From positions 15,002-79,001 of the forward strand of contig JBFMAV010000012.1 in NCBI GenBank assembly GCA_040755535.1: a stretch of 64,000 nucleotides of DNA. Direction: 5' to 3'. Below are positions 1 through 9,616 of this stretch, piece by piece (position 1 is the stretch's first letter; each line of letters opens with the position of its first letter). This DNA comes from Pseudomonadota bacterium (GTDB lineage: Bacteria > Pseudomonadota > Alphaproteobacteria > Rhizobiales > Xanthobacteraceae). The position numbers and the translations under genes were made by a program. Under the pieces are notes generated by a model that saw nothing but the letters and a program-made list of their open reading frames with translations, did no database searches and was not told the origin of the DNA.

Positions 1-665
1 AGGCGCGGCGCGCCGGCAAGCGCATCCTGTTCGAAGGCGCGCAGGGTTCGCTGCTGGACATCGACCACGGCACCTATCCCTATGTCACCTCCTCCAACAC
101 GGTGGCCGCTTCGGCGGCCAGCGGCGCGGGCGTCGGCCCGGCGGCACTGGACTATGTGCTCGGCATCACCAAGGCCTACACGACCCGCGTGGGCGAAGGT
201 CCCTTCCCGACCGAGTTGAAGGACGAGGTCGGTCGTCTACTGGGCGAGCGGGGCCGTGAATTCGGCGTGGTGACCGGTCGTCCGCGCCGCTGCGGCTGGT
301 TCGACGCGGTGCTGGTGCGCCAGACGGTGCGCACCTGCGGCATCCACGGCATCGCCCTCACGAAGCTCGATGTGCTGGACGGGTTCGACGAGATCAAGGT
401 CTGCGTCGGCTATCGCCTGGATGGTCGCGAGATCGACTATCTCCCCAGCGAGGGCGGGGCGCAGACTCGCCTTGAGCCGATCTATGAGATCATTCCCGGC
501 TGGCGGGAGTCCACGGCCGGGGCGCGCTCCTGGGCGGACCTGCCCGCCGGGGCCGTGAAATATGTGCGCTGGGTCGAGGAACTGATCGGCTGCCCGGTCG
601 CCGTCCTCTCCACCAGCCCGGAGCGCGACGACACCATCCTCGTTCACAATCCGTTCGAGAATTAA
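1..665 (+). CDS. purA: adenylosuccinate synthetase, C-terminal part (5' end lies outside the window)
   Basis: The frame is open from the window edge. Translation ...[26 protein letters not shown]...[17 protein letters not shown]...[10 protein letters not shown] matches PurA signature segments. Track ORF 102..665 begins at an internal GTG. Confidence 0.93.
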   Translation, partial: ARRAGKRILFEGAQGSLLDIDHGTYPYVTSSNTVAASAASGAGVGPAALDYVLGITKAYTTRVGEGPFPTELKDEVGRLLGERGREFGVVTGRPRRCGWFDAVLVRQTVRTCGIHGIALTKLDVLDGFDEIKVCVGYRLDGREIDYLPSEGGAQTRLEPIYEIIPGWRESTAGARSWADLPAGAVKYVRWVEELIGCPVAVLSTSPERDDTILVHNPFEN

Positions 666-701
666 CGTCCGCTTTTCCCTCTTGGAGCATCCTTTTCGCT
701 C

Positions 702-2219
702 ATGGCCGACTATTACCCGCTCTTGGTTCGCGCGATTTCGGGCCTCCCCCAAAACACCGGGGAGGCGCGCAAATCGGTGTATGACCGCGCGCGGGGCGCT
801 CTGCTGAAGCAACTGCGCAGCGTCGAGCCGCCGCTGCCCGAAGGCGAGATCCTGCGCGAACGCCAGTCGCTGGAAGACGCCATCCGGCGCGTCGAAGCCG
901 AACAGGCCCCGGACACGTCAGCAGCCGACGCAACCGAGACGGCCCCCAAGGCGCCCGCGACTCCGGAGCCGGAAAAGACTTCTCCCCCCCTGCCCCCGCT
1001 CCCGAAAGAGGGCGCGACGCGCACGCCGGCCGCGCGGCCGGACCCGCTCGCCGCCGCAAAGGCGCTCGCGGATAAGGCCATGGCCGCCCCGGTGGGCGTG
1101 CCTGCGCCTTCCCATCCGGGCAAGATCGACGTCACGAACACGGACATCGACACGTCCGAAAGAAGCAAATCGGACCCCGCGAACGCCGATCTCACCAAGC
1201 CACCCTCGGCCGACGAACCTGCATCGGCGCCATCCGCGCCCGCGACAGGCGATACGGACGATCTGGTGGACGAAGCCACCGTCACGCGCCCCGTGCTCGG
1301 GCGCGGCCGCGTGGCCGAGCGCCCGGAAAAGACCGACCGCCACGAGCGTCCGCGCCTCCCCGCAGAGAAGGCGGAAACCGGAAAGCCGCGTTGGCAGCGC
1401 ACGGTTCTGGTGGTTGGTCTCATTGCCCTGCTGATCGCGGGCGGCGCCTATGCGGTGGTCAATCGCGAGGCGCTGTTCGGCGGCGCACCGGCACCGGCCC
1501 AGACCGGGACCCCCGCGCCGGAACCCGAGGCGATGCGCCAGGAGCAGCCCAAGAATTCCGACCGCGTGACCCAGTCTGGCGTCGCACCTGCCCAGCGGCC
1601 AGCGGCCCCGGCGCCCCGCCAAGGTATGGGCACGCAGCGCGCCTATCTGTTCGAAGAAGCGGCCGGCGGCGCACAGGGCCTCCAGACCTATGAGGGCACC
1701 GTCACCTGGAAGACGGAAACCTTCAATGCCGGTCCCGGCCTGCCCCCCGACGTGGGCATCCGGGCCGATATTCAGATCCCCGGCCGGCTCGGCGTCGCCT
1801 TCACGCTGCGGCGCAACGCGGACTCGGCCCTGCCGGCCTCCCACACCATCGAGATCAGCTTCACACTGCCGCCTGATTTCGCCTATGGCGGCATCAGCAA
1901 TGTGCCCGGCATCCGCATGAAGCAGACCGAGAGCGCCCAGGGCGCGCCGATCGCCGGGCTCTCGGTACGGGTCAACCCCACCTATTTCCTGGTGGGCCTG
2001 TCGGCTGTGACCGCGGACAAGGACCGCAACCTCCAATTGCTGCAAAGCCGGCCTTGGATCGATATTCCCATCGTCTATACCAACAACAAGCGGGCGATCC
2101 TGGCCTTCGAAAAAGGCCCGGCGGGAGAACAGGCATTCCAGGATGCCTTTGCGGCCTGGGGTGAGCTGCTGCCGCAGCAGCCTCCGCCCATGTCCCCGGT
2201 GCCCCCCTCCGCCAATTGA
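702..2219 (+). CDS. hypothetical membrane-anchored protein with a Pro/Ala-rich linker
   Basis: 505-aa ORF starting at ATG 702. It has a helical N-terminal segment, a long P/A/E-rich low-complexity region, one TM helix (RTVLVVGLIALLIAGGAYAVV) and a C-terminal domain of about 230 aa. I recognise no family. Confidence 0.6.
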   Translation: MADYYPLLVRAISGLPQNTGEARKSVYDRARGALLKQLRSVEPPLPEGEILRERQSLEDAIRRVEAEQAPDTSAADATETAPKAPATPEPEKTSPPLPPLPKEGATRTPAARPDPLAAAKALADKAMAAPVGVPAPSHPGKIDVTNTDIDTSERSKSDPANADLTKPPSADEPASAPSAPATGDTDDLVDEATVTRPVLGRGRVAERPEKTDRHERPRLPAEKAETGKPRWQRTVLVVGLIALLIAGGAYAVVNREALFGGAPAPAQTGTPAPEPEAMRQEQPKNSDRVTQSGVAPAQRPAAPAPRQGMGTQRAYLFEEAAGGAQGLQTYEGTVTWKTETFNAGPGLPPDVGIRADIQIPGRLGVAFTLRRNADSALPASHTIEISFTLPPDFAYGGISNVPGIRMKQTESAQGAPIAGLSVRVNPTYFLVGLSAVTADKDRNLQLLQSRPWIDIPIVYTNNKRAILAFEKGPAGEQAFQDAFAAWGELLPQQPPPMSPVPPSAN

Positions 2220-2228
2220 GGGCTGGCC

Positions 2229-4994
2229 TCAACCGGTCCTGCGCAGCGCCTTGAGGGCATAGAGCGCGTCGAGGGCGGCGCGCGGCGTCAATTCGTCGGG
2301 ATTGAGCGCATCCAATGCGATGGCCAGCCGGTCGTCCGCGTCCGGCCCGCCCACGGAGGGAGCCGGCGCGGGCGTCCGCATCACGGCCGCGAACAATGGC
2401 AGGTCGTCCACCAGCTTCTGGGCCGGCGACACGCGCTCCGCCGCCTCCAATTCCGCCAGAACCGCCTTGGCGCGGGCGATGACCGGGGCCGGCAATCCCG
2501 CGAGGCGCGCGACCTGGATGCCATAGGAGCGATCCGCCGCTCCGAGCACCACTTCGTGGAGGAAGACCACGTCTCCCTGCCATTCGGTGACCTTCACCGT
2601 GGCATTGACCAGCCGCGCGCAACGCTGGGACAACGCGGTCAGCTCATGGAAATGGGTGGCAAAGAGCGCCCGGCAGCGATTGACCTCATGGAGATGCTCC
2701 AGGCTCGCCCAGGCGATGGACATGCCGTCGAAGGTCGCCGTGCCACGCCCGATCTCGTCCAGGATGACCAGTGAACGCGGCGTCGCCTGGTTCAGGATGG
2801 CGGCAGTCTCCACCATCTCCACCATGAAAGTGGAGCGCCCGCGCGCCAGATCGTCCGCCGCCCCGACTCGGGAGAACAGGCGGTCCACCACGCCGAGCCG
2901 CGCGGCGCGTGCCGGCACGAAGCAACCCGCCTGCGCCAGAACCGCGATCAAGGCGTTCTGGCGCAGAAACGTGGACTTGCCGGCCATGTTGGGGCCGGTG
3001 AGCAGCCACACCTTGCCGCCCTCCGCCCCTTCGGGTGCCGAGAGGTCGCAATCATTGGCGACGAAAGGATCCTTGGCGCGGGCCAGCGCCTGCTCCACCA
3101 CCGGGTGGCGCCCGCCTTCCACGGCGAAATCCAGGCCATCGGTCATGTGCGGGCGTACATGGCGCTCGTCCACCGCGAGCCGCGCGAGACCGGCATGCAC
3201 GTCCAGTTCCGCGAGCGCCTCGGCGGCGGCCCGGATCGGCTCGGCCTCGGCCACCACCTCGCCCGCGAGGCGATCAAACAGCGCCTGCTCGATAGCCAAT
3301 GCCCGTTCGCCGGCGGAGGCGATGCGGCTCTCCAGGTCCGCCAATTCCTGGCTGGTGAAGCGCACCGCCCCGGCGAGGGTCTGGCGATGGGTGAAGGTGG
3401 CAAGATGTGGCGGCTCGCGCAGCTTCTCGGCATGCTGCGCCGTTACTTCGACGAAATAGCCGAGGACCGCATTGTGGCGGATCTTGAGGGACTTGATCCC
3501 GGTCTCGTCGACATAGCGGCGCTCCAGCGCGGCCACGACGCGGCGGCTTTCATCTCGGAATGCGCGGGTCGCGTCGAGATCGGCATCATAGCCGGCGCGA
3601 ATGAACCCGCCGTCCCGGCGCAGATGGGGCGGCTCATCCACCAGGGCGCTGATGAGGTCCCCTGCCAGCCGGGGCTGGACCGCGCGCAGCGCACGCGCGC
3701 AGGCGGAAAGACGCTCCGGCGCATCCTCGGGCAGGCCGACCGCCAAAGCGGCGCCCTCTTCGAGCCCCTGGCCGATGGCCAGAAGGTCGCGCGGAGACCC
3801 ACGCTGGAGCGACAGACGCGACAACGCGCGGGCAAGATCGGGCGCGCCCGACAAATGGCGGCGGATGGCGGAAGTACGCTCGGGATCGTCCGCCAGAAAG
3901 GCAACGGCGTCGTGCCGCGCGCGGATCGCGTCGAGATCGGTCAGCGGCTCGGACAGGCGCCGGGCGAGCAAGCGGGCACCGGCGGCGGTCACGGTGCGAT
4001 CCACGCTCGCCAGCAGCGAGCCGCGCCGGTCGCCCGACGTGGTGCGCACCAGTTCCAGATTGGCGCGGGTGCCCGCATCGATCAGCATGGCGCCGCCGTC
4101 CGCCGTGCGGCTCGGAGGAGCAAGGGCGGGCCGCGCGCCCAATTGGGTGCGCTCCACATAAGCGACGATGGCGGCGGCGGCGATCAATTCGGCTCGGCTG
4201 AAGGTGCCGAAGGCATCGAGCGTTGCGACCCGGAAGAAGTCCGCGAGGCGCTGCTCGGCGCCCGTGCCTTCAAATCCCTGGCGCGGCAATGGCGTGACGG
4301 CGGCTAGGCCCTGCCAGACCTCTTTGAGATCCGGATCGTCATAGAGCGCGTCGGAGAGCAGCACCTCGGCCGGATCCACGCGCGCAAGGTCTGCCGCGAG
4401 GGTCGCGCGGGTCGCGCTCGCCACGCGGAAGCTGCCGGTGGAGACGTCCGCGAAGGCGAGGCCATAGGCATGGCTGTCCTCGCCCGCGCGCACCCGCGCC
4501 ACCGCCAGCAGCACATTCTCACGCTTGGCATCCAGCAGCGCGTCTTCCGTCAGCGTGCCTGGGGTGACGAGGCGCGTGACATCGCGCCGGACCACGGCCT
4601 TGGCGCCGCGCTTGCGCGCCTCTGCGGGGTCTTCCAATTGCTCGCACACCGCCACGCGGAAGCCGAGGGCGATGAGCTTGTGGAGATATTCCTCGGCGCG
4701 CGAGATCGGCACCCCGCACATGGGGATGTCCTCGCCCAGATGCTTGCCCCGTTTGGTGAGGACGATGCCCAGCGCCTGGGATGCCTGTTCGGCATCCTCG
4801 AAGAACAGCTCGTAGAAATCCCCCATGCGGTAGAACAGAAGGCAGTCCGGATTGGCGGCCTTGATCTCCACATATTGGGCCATGACCGGCGTCACATGCC
4901 CGCGCGCGGCCGCATCCTGTCCGGCGGCGGGTGCAAGGACGGGGGGAGCGTCCTCTTTGTCGAGGGCGGCGGCGGGTTCGGACACGGAAGCCAT
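2229..4994 (-). CDS. mutS: DNA mismatch repair protein MutS
   Basis: 921 aa. Contains the N-terminal block [31 protein letters not shown], Walker [21 protein letters not shown] and LDEIGRGT. Confidence 0.97.
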   Translation of the reverse strand: MASVSEPAAALDKEDAPPVLAPAAGQDAAARGHVTPVMAQYVEIKAANPDCLLFYRMGDFYELFFEDAEQASQALGIVLTKRGKHLGEDIPMCGVPISRAEEYLHKLIALGFRVAVCEQLEDPAEARKRGAKAVVRRDVTRLVTPGTLTEDALLDAKRENVLLAVARVRAGEDSHAYGLAFADVSTGSFRVASATRATLAADLARVDPAEVLLSDALYDDPDLKEVWQGLAAVTPLPRQGFEGTGAEQRLADFFRVATLDAFGTFSRAELIAAAAIVAYVERTQLGARPALAPPSRTADGGAMLIDAGTRANLELVRTTSGDRRGSLLASVDRTVTAAGARLLARRLSEPLTDLDAIRARHDAVAFLADDPERTSAIRRHLSGAPDLARALSRLSLQRGSPRDLLAIGQGLEEGAALAVGLPEDAPERLSACARALRAVQPRLAGDLISALVDEPPHLRRDGGFIRAGYDADLDATRAFRDESRRVVAALERRYVDETGIKSLKIRHNAVLGYFVEVTAQHAEKLREPPHLATFTHRQTLAGAVRFTSQELADLESRIASAGERALAIEQALFDRLAGEVVAEAEPIRAAAEALAELDVHAGLARLAVDERHVRPHMTDGLDFAVEGGRHPVVEQALARAKDPFVANDCDLSAPEGAEGGKVWLLTGPNMAGKSTFLRQNALIAVLAQAGCFVPARAARLGVVDRLFSRVGAADDLARGRSTFMVEMVETAAILNQATPRSLVILDEIGRGTATFDGMSIAWASLEHLHEVNRCRALFATHFHELTALSQRCARLVNATVKVTEWQGDVVFLHEVVLGAADRSYGIQVARLAGLPAPVIARAKAVLAELEAAERVSPAQKLVDDLPLFAAVMRTPAPAPSVGGPDADDRLAIALDALNPDELTPRAALDALYALKALRRTG

Positions 4995-5182
4995 GGGCGC
5001 ACGCTAGAGGCACCGGCACCGCTAGGGAAGCCGAACGCCGGCCCCGTCCACGATCTTGCTGGCCTGTCCCCGCGACGGCGAAGCTGGCGCGCGGCGCACA
5101 AAAAGCGGGCAAGCGCCTTATTCACGGGCAATCGGAGAGGGCGTTGTCGCCCCTCATCCACCGGAGCGCGCGACAGATGGCT

Positions 5183-5198
5183 TGGCACACGCTTTGCA
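5183..5198 (+). promoter_or_regulatory. candidate sigma-54 (RpoN) -24/-12 promoter
   Basis: The sequence cTTGGCACacgctTTGCAaa has TGGCAC at 5183-5188 and TTGCA at 5194-5198. The spacing is exactly that of the consensus TGGCAC-N5-TTGCW. The predicted start (about 5208-5211) lies just 5' of the riboswitch aptamer. Confidence 0.6.
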
Positions 5199-5205
5199 AA
5201 GCTTA

Positions 5206-5328
5206 TCTCAGAGTTGGTGGCTAGGGTTCCGGCATCGCCCAAGGGGCGGTGCGCTGGTCCGAGAGCTGCCGCCGGTCCGGGGAGACATCCGGCCGGACGC
5301 ACGGCGGGACAAAAGCCCGGGAGACCTC
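5206..5328 (+). promoter_or_regulatory. guanidine-I (ykkC subtype 1) riboswitch aptamer
   Basis: The invariant blocks occur in the correct order: CTAGGGTTCCGG (5221-5232), GGTCCGAGAG (5256-5265) and ACGGCGGGACAAAAGCCCGGGAGA (5301-5324). It lies in the non-coding 5' leader of an ABC/carboxylase operon, which is the classical genomic context. Confidence 0.9.
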
Positions 5329-5336
5329 GGTGGCCA

Positions 5337-5371
5337 AGGAATTGGCGGCACGCGAGTCTCCGCCAATTCCT
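5337..5371 (+). promoter_or_regulatory. 12-bp hairpin downstream of the aptamer (putative expression platform)
   Basis: AGGAATTGGCGG (5337-5348) pairs perfectly with CCGCCAATTCCT (5360-5371). GTCTCC (5355-5360) can alternatively pair with GGAGAC (5320-5325) at the aptamer 3' end. No U-tract follows the hairpin. Confidence 0.45.
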
Positions 5372-5415
5372 CATCGTAACGCGACGCACGACGCAACGAA
5401 GGGGAATTCACTTAT

Positions 5416-6483
5416 ATGCGCTCTCGCTTCCTGACCTATCTCGGTGTGGCCTGCACCGCGCTCATGATCGGCGCCGCACCCGCGCTCGCCGCGCCCAAGA
5501 AGGACTTCAAGGTCGCCTGGTCCATCTATGTGGGGTGGATGCCCTGGGGCTATGCGGCCGACACAGGCATCGTGAAGAAGTGGGCCGACAAATACGGCCT
5601 CAATATCCAGGTCACCCAGTTCAACGACTATGTGGAGAGCATCAACCAATATACCGCCGGCGCCTTCGACGCGCTGACCGTGACCAATATGGATGCCCTC
5701 TCGGTGCCCGCCGCCGGCGGCGTGGACACCACGGCCGTCATCGTCGGGGACTTCTCCAACGGCAACGACGCGGTGATCCTGAAGAACAAGACCAAGCTCG
5801 CCGACATCAAGGGGCAGAAGGTCAATCTGGTCGAGTTCTCAGTCTCCCATTATCTGCTCGCCCGCGCGCTCGAAAGCATCAACCTGTCCGAGCGGGACGT
5901 GAAGGTGGTGAACACCTCCGACGCCGACATGGTGGCCGCCTACAAGACCAAGGCCGTGACGGCGGTGGTGACCTGGAACCCGCTGGTCTCGGAAATCCTC
6001 GCCGAGAAGAGCGCCCACAACGTGTTCGACAGTTCCAAGATCCCCGGCGAGATTATGGACCTGATGGTCGCCAATACCGGCGTGCTGAAGGACAATCCCG
6101 ATTTCGGCAAGGCCCTGGCCGGCATCTGGTACGAGACCATGGCCATCATGACCGACCCCGGCGAGAAGGGCATCGCGGCGCGCACCGCCATGGGCAAGGC
6201 GTCCGGCACCGACCTTGCCGGCTTCGACGCGCAGCTCGCCGCCACCAAGCTGTTCGCCAAGGCGTCCGACGCCTCCGCCTTCGTGAAGTCGCCCGATGTG
6301 GCCGTCACCATGGACCGGGTGCGCAAGTTCCTGTTCGCCAAGAAGCTGCTGGGCGACAACGCCAAGTCGGCCGACGTGGTGGGCATCGAAATGGCGGACG
6401 GCAAGATCCTGGGCGACGCGAAGAATGTGAAGTTCCGCTTCACGGACGCTTATATGTCCGCCGCCGCCGACGGCAAGCTCTGA
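5416..6483 (+). CDS. ABC transporter periplasmic substrate-binding protein (NitT/TauT-like, urea-carboxylase-region type)
   Basis: 355 aa with a signal peptide (LMIGAAPALAAP) and an NMT1/SsuA-like binding-protein fold. It is the first gene after the riboswitch and has SD GAAGGGGAA upstream. Confidence 0.88.
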   Translation: MRSRFLTYLGVACTALMIGAAPALAAPKKDFKVAWSIYVGWMPWGYAADTGIVKKWADKYGLNIQVTQFNDYVESINQYTAGAFDALTVTNMDALSVPAAGGVDTTAVIVGDFSNGNDAVILKNKTKLADIKGQKVNLVEFSVSHYLLARALESINLSERDVKVVNTSDADMVAAYKTKAVTAVVTWNPLVSEILAEKSAHNVFDSSKIPGEIMDLMVANTGVLKDNPDFGKALAGIWYETMAIMTDPGEKGIAARTAMGKASGTDLAGFDAQLAATKLFAKASDASAFVKSPDVAVTMDRVRKFLFAKKLLGDNAKSADVVGIEMADGKILGDAKNVKFRFTDAYMSAAADGKL

Positions 6484-6505
6484 CCGGGCGCCGGGAGAAG
6501 CGGAC

Positions 6506-7318
6506 ATGCGCCTCGTCAATCTGAGGCCCGACAAGGGGACGGGCCTCGTGCTCGCCCTCGTGCCGTTCGTGCTGGTGGTGGCCGCCTATGTGCTCGGTTC
6601 CGCCGAGCGTCTGGCCGAGAACCCGGCCGACAAGCTCCTCCCGAGCCTCTCCACCCTGGCCGAGACCACGGGCCGTCTCGCCTTTGTCGCCGATGCCCGC
6701 ACCGGCGACTACATGCTGCTGGCCGACACGCTGGCGAGCCTGGAGCGCCTCGGCGCCGCGCTGGCCATCGCGACAGCAACGGCGCTGGTGCTCGGCCTGC
6801 TCATCGGCCTGCTGCCGCTCATGAGCGCCTTCCTCGCGCCCTTCGTCGCCATCATCTCCATGGTGCCGCCCTTGGCGCTGCTGCCGATCCTGTTCATCGT
6901 CATGGGGCTTGGGGAAGCTTCGAAAATCGCCCTCATCGTCATCGGCGTCGCGCCATTCCTGACCCGCGATCTCGCCATGCGGGTTAAGGAATTGCCCAGG
7001 GAGCAGCTCATCAAGGCGCAGACGCTGGGCGCCTCCACCTGGCAGATCGCGGTGCGGGTGGTGCTGCCACAGATCCTGCCGCGCCTGCTCGACGCCGTGC
7101 GCCTCTCGCTCGGCCCGGCCTTCCTGTTCCTGATCGCGGCGGAGGCCATCGCCTCGGATTCCGGCCTCGGCTATCGCATCTTCCTCGTGCGGCGCTATCT
7201 CGCCATGGATGTGATCCTGCCCTATGTGGCCTGGATCACGCTGCTCTCGGTCGCCATGGACTACGGCCTCGCCAAGCTGCGCGATGCCGCCTTCCCCTGG
7301 TTCGGGGGCGCGAAATGA
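6506..7318 (+). CDS. ABC transporter permease
   Basis: 270 aa, polytopic, of the binding-protein-dependent permease type. It sits 22 nt after the binding-protein gene. Confidence 0.88.
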   Translation: MRLVNLRPDKGTGLVLALVPFVLVVAAYVLGSAERLAENPADKLLPSLSTLAETTGRLAFVADARTGDYMLLADTLASLERLGAALAIATATALVLGLLIGLLPLMSAFLAPFVAIISMVPPLALLPILFIVMGLGEASKIALIVIGVAPFLTRDLAMRVKELPREQLIKAQTLGASTWQIAVRVVLPQILPRLLDAVRLSLGPAFLFLIAAEAIASDSGLGYRIFLVRRYLAMDVILPYVAWITLLSVAMDYGLAKLRDAAFPWFGGAK

Positions 7319-8127
7319 CCGCCATTTCCGTCTCCCATGTCTGGAAGGAATATGGCGACCAGATCGTGCTGGAGAACATCTCCCTTGATTTCGCGCCGCG
7401 CTCCTTCGTGGCGCTGGTGGGGCCGTCCGGGTGCGGCAAGACCACCTTCCTGCGCATGCTCCTGTCGGAGGAGCAGCCGACGCGCGGCCAGATCCTGGTG
7501 GATGGGCGCCCGCTCGCCCGCGAGCCGGGGCCCGACCGGGGCGTGGTGTTCCAACGTTATTCCGTGTTTCCGCATCTGACCGTCCTCGGCAATGTGATGC
7601 TGGCCGCGGAACTCCCCAAGGCGCCCTTCACCGGGCGTCTGTTCGGAGCTGGCCGGCGGCAGGCGCAGGAGGAGGCGCGGGCGCTCATCGCGGAAGTGGG
7701 ACTTGCCGGGAGCGAGGACAAATATCCCGCCGCTCTTTCCGGCGGCATGCAGCAGCGCCTCGCGCTCGCCCAGGCCGTGATGCGCAAGCCCAAGATCCTG
7801 CTGCTGGACGAGCCGTTCGGCGCCCTCGATCCCGGCATTCGCGCCGACATCCACGTGCTCATGAAGCGGCTGTGGAACGAGTGCGAGATGAGCGTGGTCA
7901 TGGTGACCCATGACCTCAAGGAAGCCTTCACGCTCGCCACCCGCGTCATCGCGTTCGAGCGCCGCCGCACGGGCGATGACCGCGCGCGCTTCGGCGCGGT
8001 GGTGGCGCGCGACATCGAGGTCTGGCCGCGCCGCGTGGCGGGCCAGCCCGCCCCTCTTGCGGACCGGGACGACCCGGCGCCCGCTTCGGACACCGGCCGG
8101 GACGACCCGGCGCCGTTTCCTCGCTGA
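7315..8127 (+). CDS. ABC transporter ATP-binding protein
   Basis: Walker A GPSGCGKTT, signature LSGGMQQR, Walker B LLLDEPFGALD. Its ATG overlaps the permease stop (ATGA). Confidence 0.92.
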   Translation: MTAISVSHVWKEYGDQIVLENISLDFAPRSFVALVGPSGCGKTTFLRMLLSEEQPTRGQILVDGRPLAREPGPDRGVVFQRYSVFPHLTVLGNVMLAAELPKAPFTGRLFGAGRRQAQEEARALIAEVGLAGSEDKYPAALSGGMQQRLALAQAVMRKPKILLLDEPFGALDPGIRADIHVLMKRLWNECEMSVVMVTHDLKEAFTLATRVIAFERRRTGDDRARFGAVVARDIEVWPRRVAGQPAPLADRDDPAPASDTGRDDPAPFPR

Positions 8128-8137
8128 GGAGAGAGAC

Positions 8138-8947
8138 ATGACCGTCACCCCCGAGACACAGGCGCGCATGGACGCCCATCGGCGCCGCTATGAGGAGTTG
8201 AAGGCCGAAGGCCAGGGCCAGGCGCCACGCGTCATGCCTGCGCCCACGGCGCACGGCTCCGTCTTGCTGCCACCCGGTCCGGTGAAGCGCGAGACCATTC
8301 CCGCCGGCTGGTATTGGACCTCGCGCCTGCTCGCGGGCGAGACGCTGCGCATCGCGCTGATGGACGCGCCCTCCGCCGTGTCCCTGATCGCCTGGAACGC
8401 GGCGGATACGTCTGAGCGCATCAATTATGCCGACACGGTGAAGATCCAATGGACCGCCGCGCTCGCCAAGGGCCGCGTCATCTTCTCCGACATGGGTCGC
8501 GTCATGTTCTCCATCGTGGAGGATACGAGCGGCATGCATGACGCGCTGGTCGGCGGGTCCACGGCCGCTTCGAACCGGCGCTACAAAGCGCCCGGATATC
8601 TGCGCAACACGCGGGATAATTTCATCCTCGCCGCCGGCAAGCTCGGGCTCGACAAGCGCGACATCCCGCCCTGCCTCACCTTCTTCGCCCCGGTTCGCAC
8701 CGATGCGGAGGGAAAATTCGTGTGGACCGGCGCTCCGCGCGTCGCCGGCGATTTCGTGGACCTGCGGGCGGAGATGGACATGCTGGTGGCGCTCTCCAAC
8801 TGTCCCCACCCGCTGGATCCGAACCCGGACTATGCCGCCGGCAATGTGGAGGCCATCCGCTTCTGGGCCAGCGAGCCCGCCTTCGACGATTTCTGCCGCA
8901 CCGCCACCCGCGAGGCCGCGCGCGGCTTCGAAAATCTCGCGCGCTGA
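8138..8947 (+). CDS. DUF1989 urea/guanidine-carboxylase-associated protein (family-2 type; probable carboxyguanidine deiminase subunit)
   Basis: Track ORF 7910..8947 trimmed to ATG 8138, which is preceded by GAGGAGAGAG. It contains the conserved DUF1989 C-terminal core (...VDLRAEMDMLVALSNCPHPLDP...). Confidence 0.85.
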   Translation: MTVTPETQARMDAHRRRYEELKAEGQGQAPRVMPAPTAHGSVLLPPGPVKRETIPAGWYWTSRLLAGETLRIALMDAPSAVSLIAWNAADTSERINYADTVKIQWTAALAKGRVIFSDMGRVMFSIVEDTSGMHDALVGGSTAASNRRYKAPGYLRNTRDNFILAAGKLGLDKRDIPPCLTFFAPVRTDAEGKFVWTGAPRVAGDFVDLRAEMDMLVALSNCPHPLDPNPDYAAGNVEAIRFWASEPAFDDFCRTATREAARGFENLAR

Positions 8948-8957
8948 GGGGGAGAAC

Positions 8958-9611
8958 ATGACCAAACGCTTCTTCGCCGCCCCCGTGCGCGACCCCAACA
9001 GCGCCATCGCGGTCCACGACATTCCGGCCGAGGCCCCCTGGTCGGGTCTGGTGCGCAAGGGCCAGTCCATCCGCATCATCGACCTCGAAGGCCAGCAGGC
9101 GGTGGACACGCTGTTCTACCGCGCGGACGATTTTTCCGAGCGCTATTCCGCGCAGGACACGCTGCGCGTCCAGGGCTCGGCCTATGTGGGGACCGGAACC
9201 CGACTCATCTCCACCGAAGGCCGCCTCATGGCGACGGTGACGGCCGACACCAGCGGCGGCCACGATACGTCCGCGGGCGCCTGTTCCTGCGAGAGCAACA
9301 CCGCCCGGTTCGGGCATCAGACGAAATTCCAGCATGCCTGCCGCGAGAATTTCCTCCTCGCAGTGACCAAGCACGGCATGAGCAAGCGGGACATCGTCCC
9401 CAACATCAACTTCTTCATGAACGTGCCCATCGAGCCGTCGGGCAATCTTGCCATCGTCGACGGGGTGTCGAAGCCGGGGGATTATGTGGAGCTGATGGCC
9501 GAGATGGACGTGCTGTGCGTCATCTCCAACTGCCCGCAGATCAACAATCCCTGCAACGGTTTCAACCCCACACCGATCCGCGTGCTGATCTTCGCCGGCG
9601 AGCAGGACTGA
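8958..9611 (+). CDS. DUF1989 urea/guanidine-carboxylase-associated protein (family-1 type; probable carboxyguanidine deiminase subunit)
   Basis: Track ORF 8538..9611 trimmed to ATG 8958, which is preceded by GGGGGAGAA. It is a paralog of the preceding gene (...GDYVELMAEMDVLCVISNCPQINNP...). Confidence 0.85.
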   Translation: MTKRFFAAPVRDPNSAIAVHDIPAEAPWSGLVRKGQSIRIIDLEGQQAVDTLFYRADDFSERYSAQDTLRVQGSAYVGTGTRLISTEGRLMATVTADTSGGHDTSAGACSCESNTARFGHQTKFQHACRENFLLAVTKHGMSKRDIVPNINFFMNVPIEPSGNLAIVDGVSKPGDYVELMAEMDVLCVISNCPQINNPCNGFNPTPIRVLIFAGEQD

Positions 9612-9616
9612 CAGCC

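Noticed and set aside
5000-5180. Search for an NtrC-type upstream activator palindrome (TGCACC-N5-GGTGCA) for the sigma-54 promoter
   Set aside because: Only loose GCAC repeats were seen (GGCACCGGCACC near 5012-5023, and GCACAAAAAGCGGGCA near 5095-5110). Neither forms the required inverted repeat, so I make no claim.
5337-5371. The hairpin after the riboswitch, considered as a classical intrinsic terminator
   Set aside because: The 12-bp stem is convincing, but it is followed by CATCGTAACG rather than a U-tract. I keep it only as a putative expression-platform element with an unknown mechanism.
4470-6524. 684-aa plus-strand ORF spanning the mutS 5' end, the riboswitch region and the ABC binding-protein gene
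   Set aside because: It has the Arg/Gly/Pro/Ala-rich composition typical of an out-of-frame or antisense read-through in high-GC DNA. It overlaps two confidently recognised genes and a riboswitch, and I recognise no motif in it.
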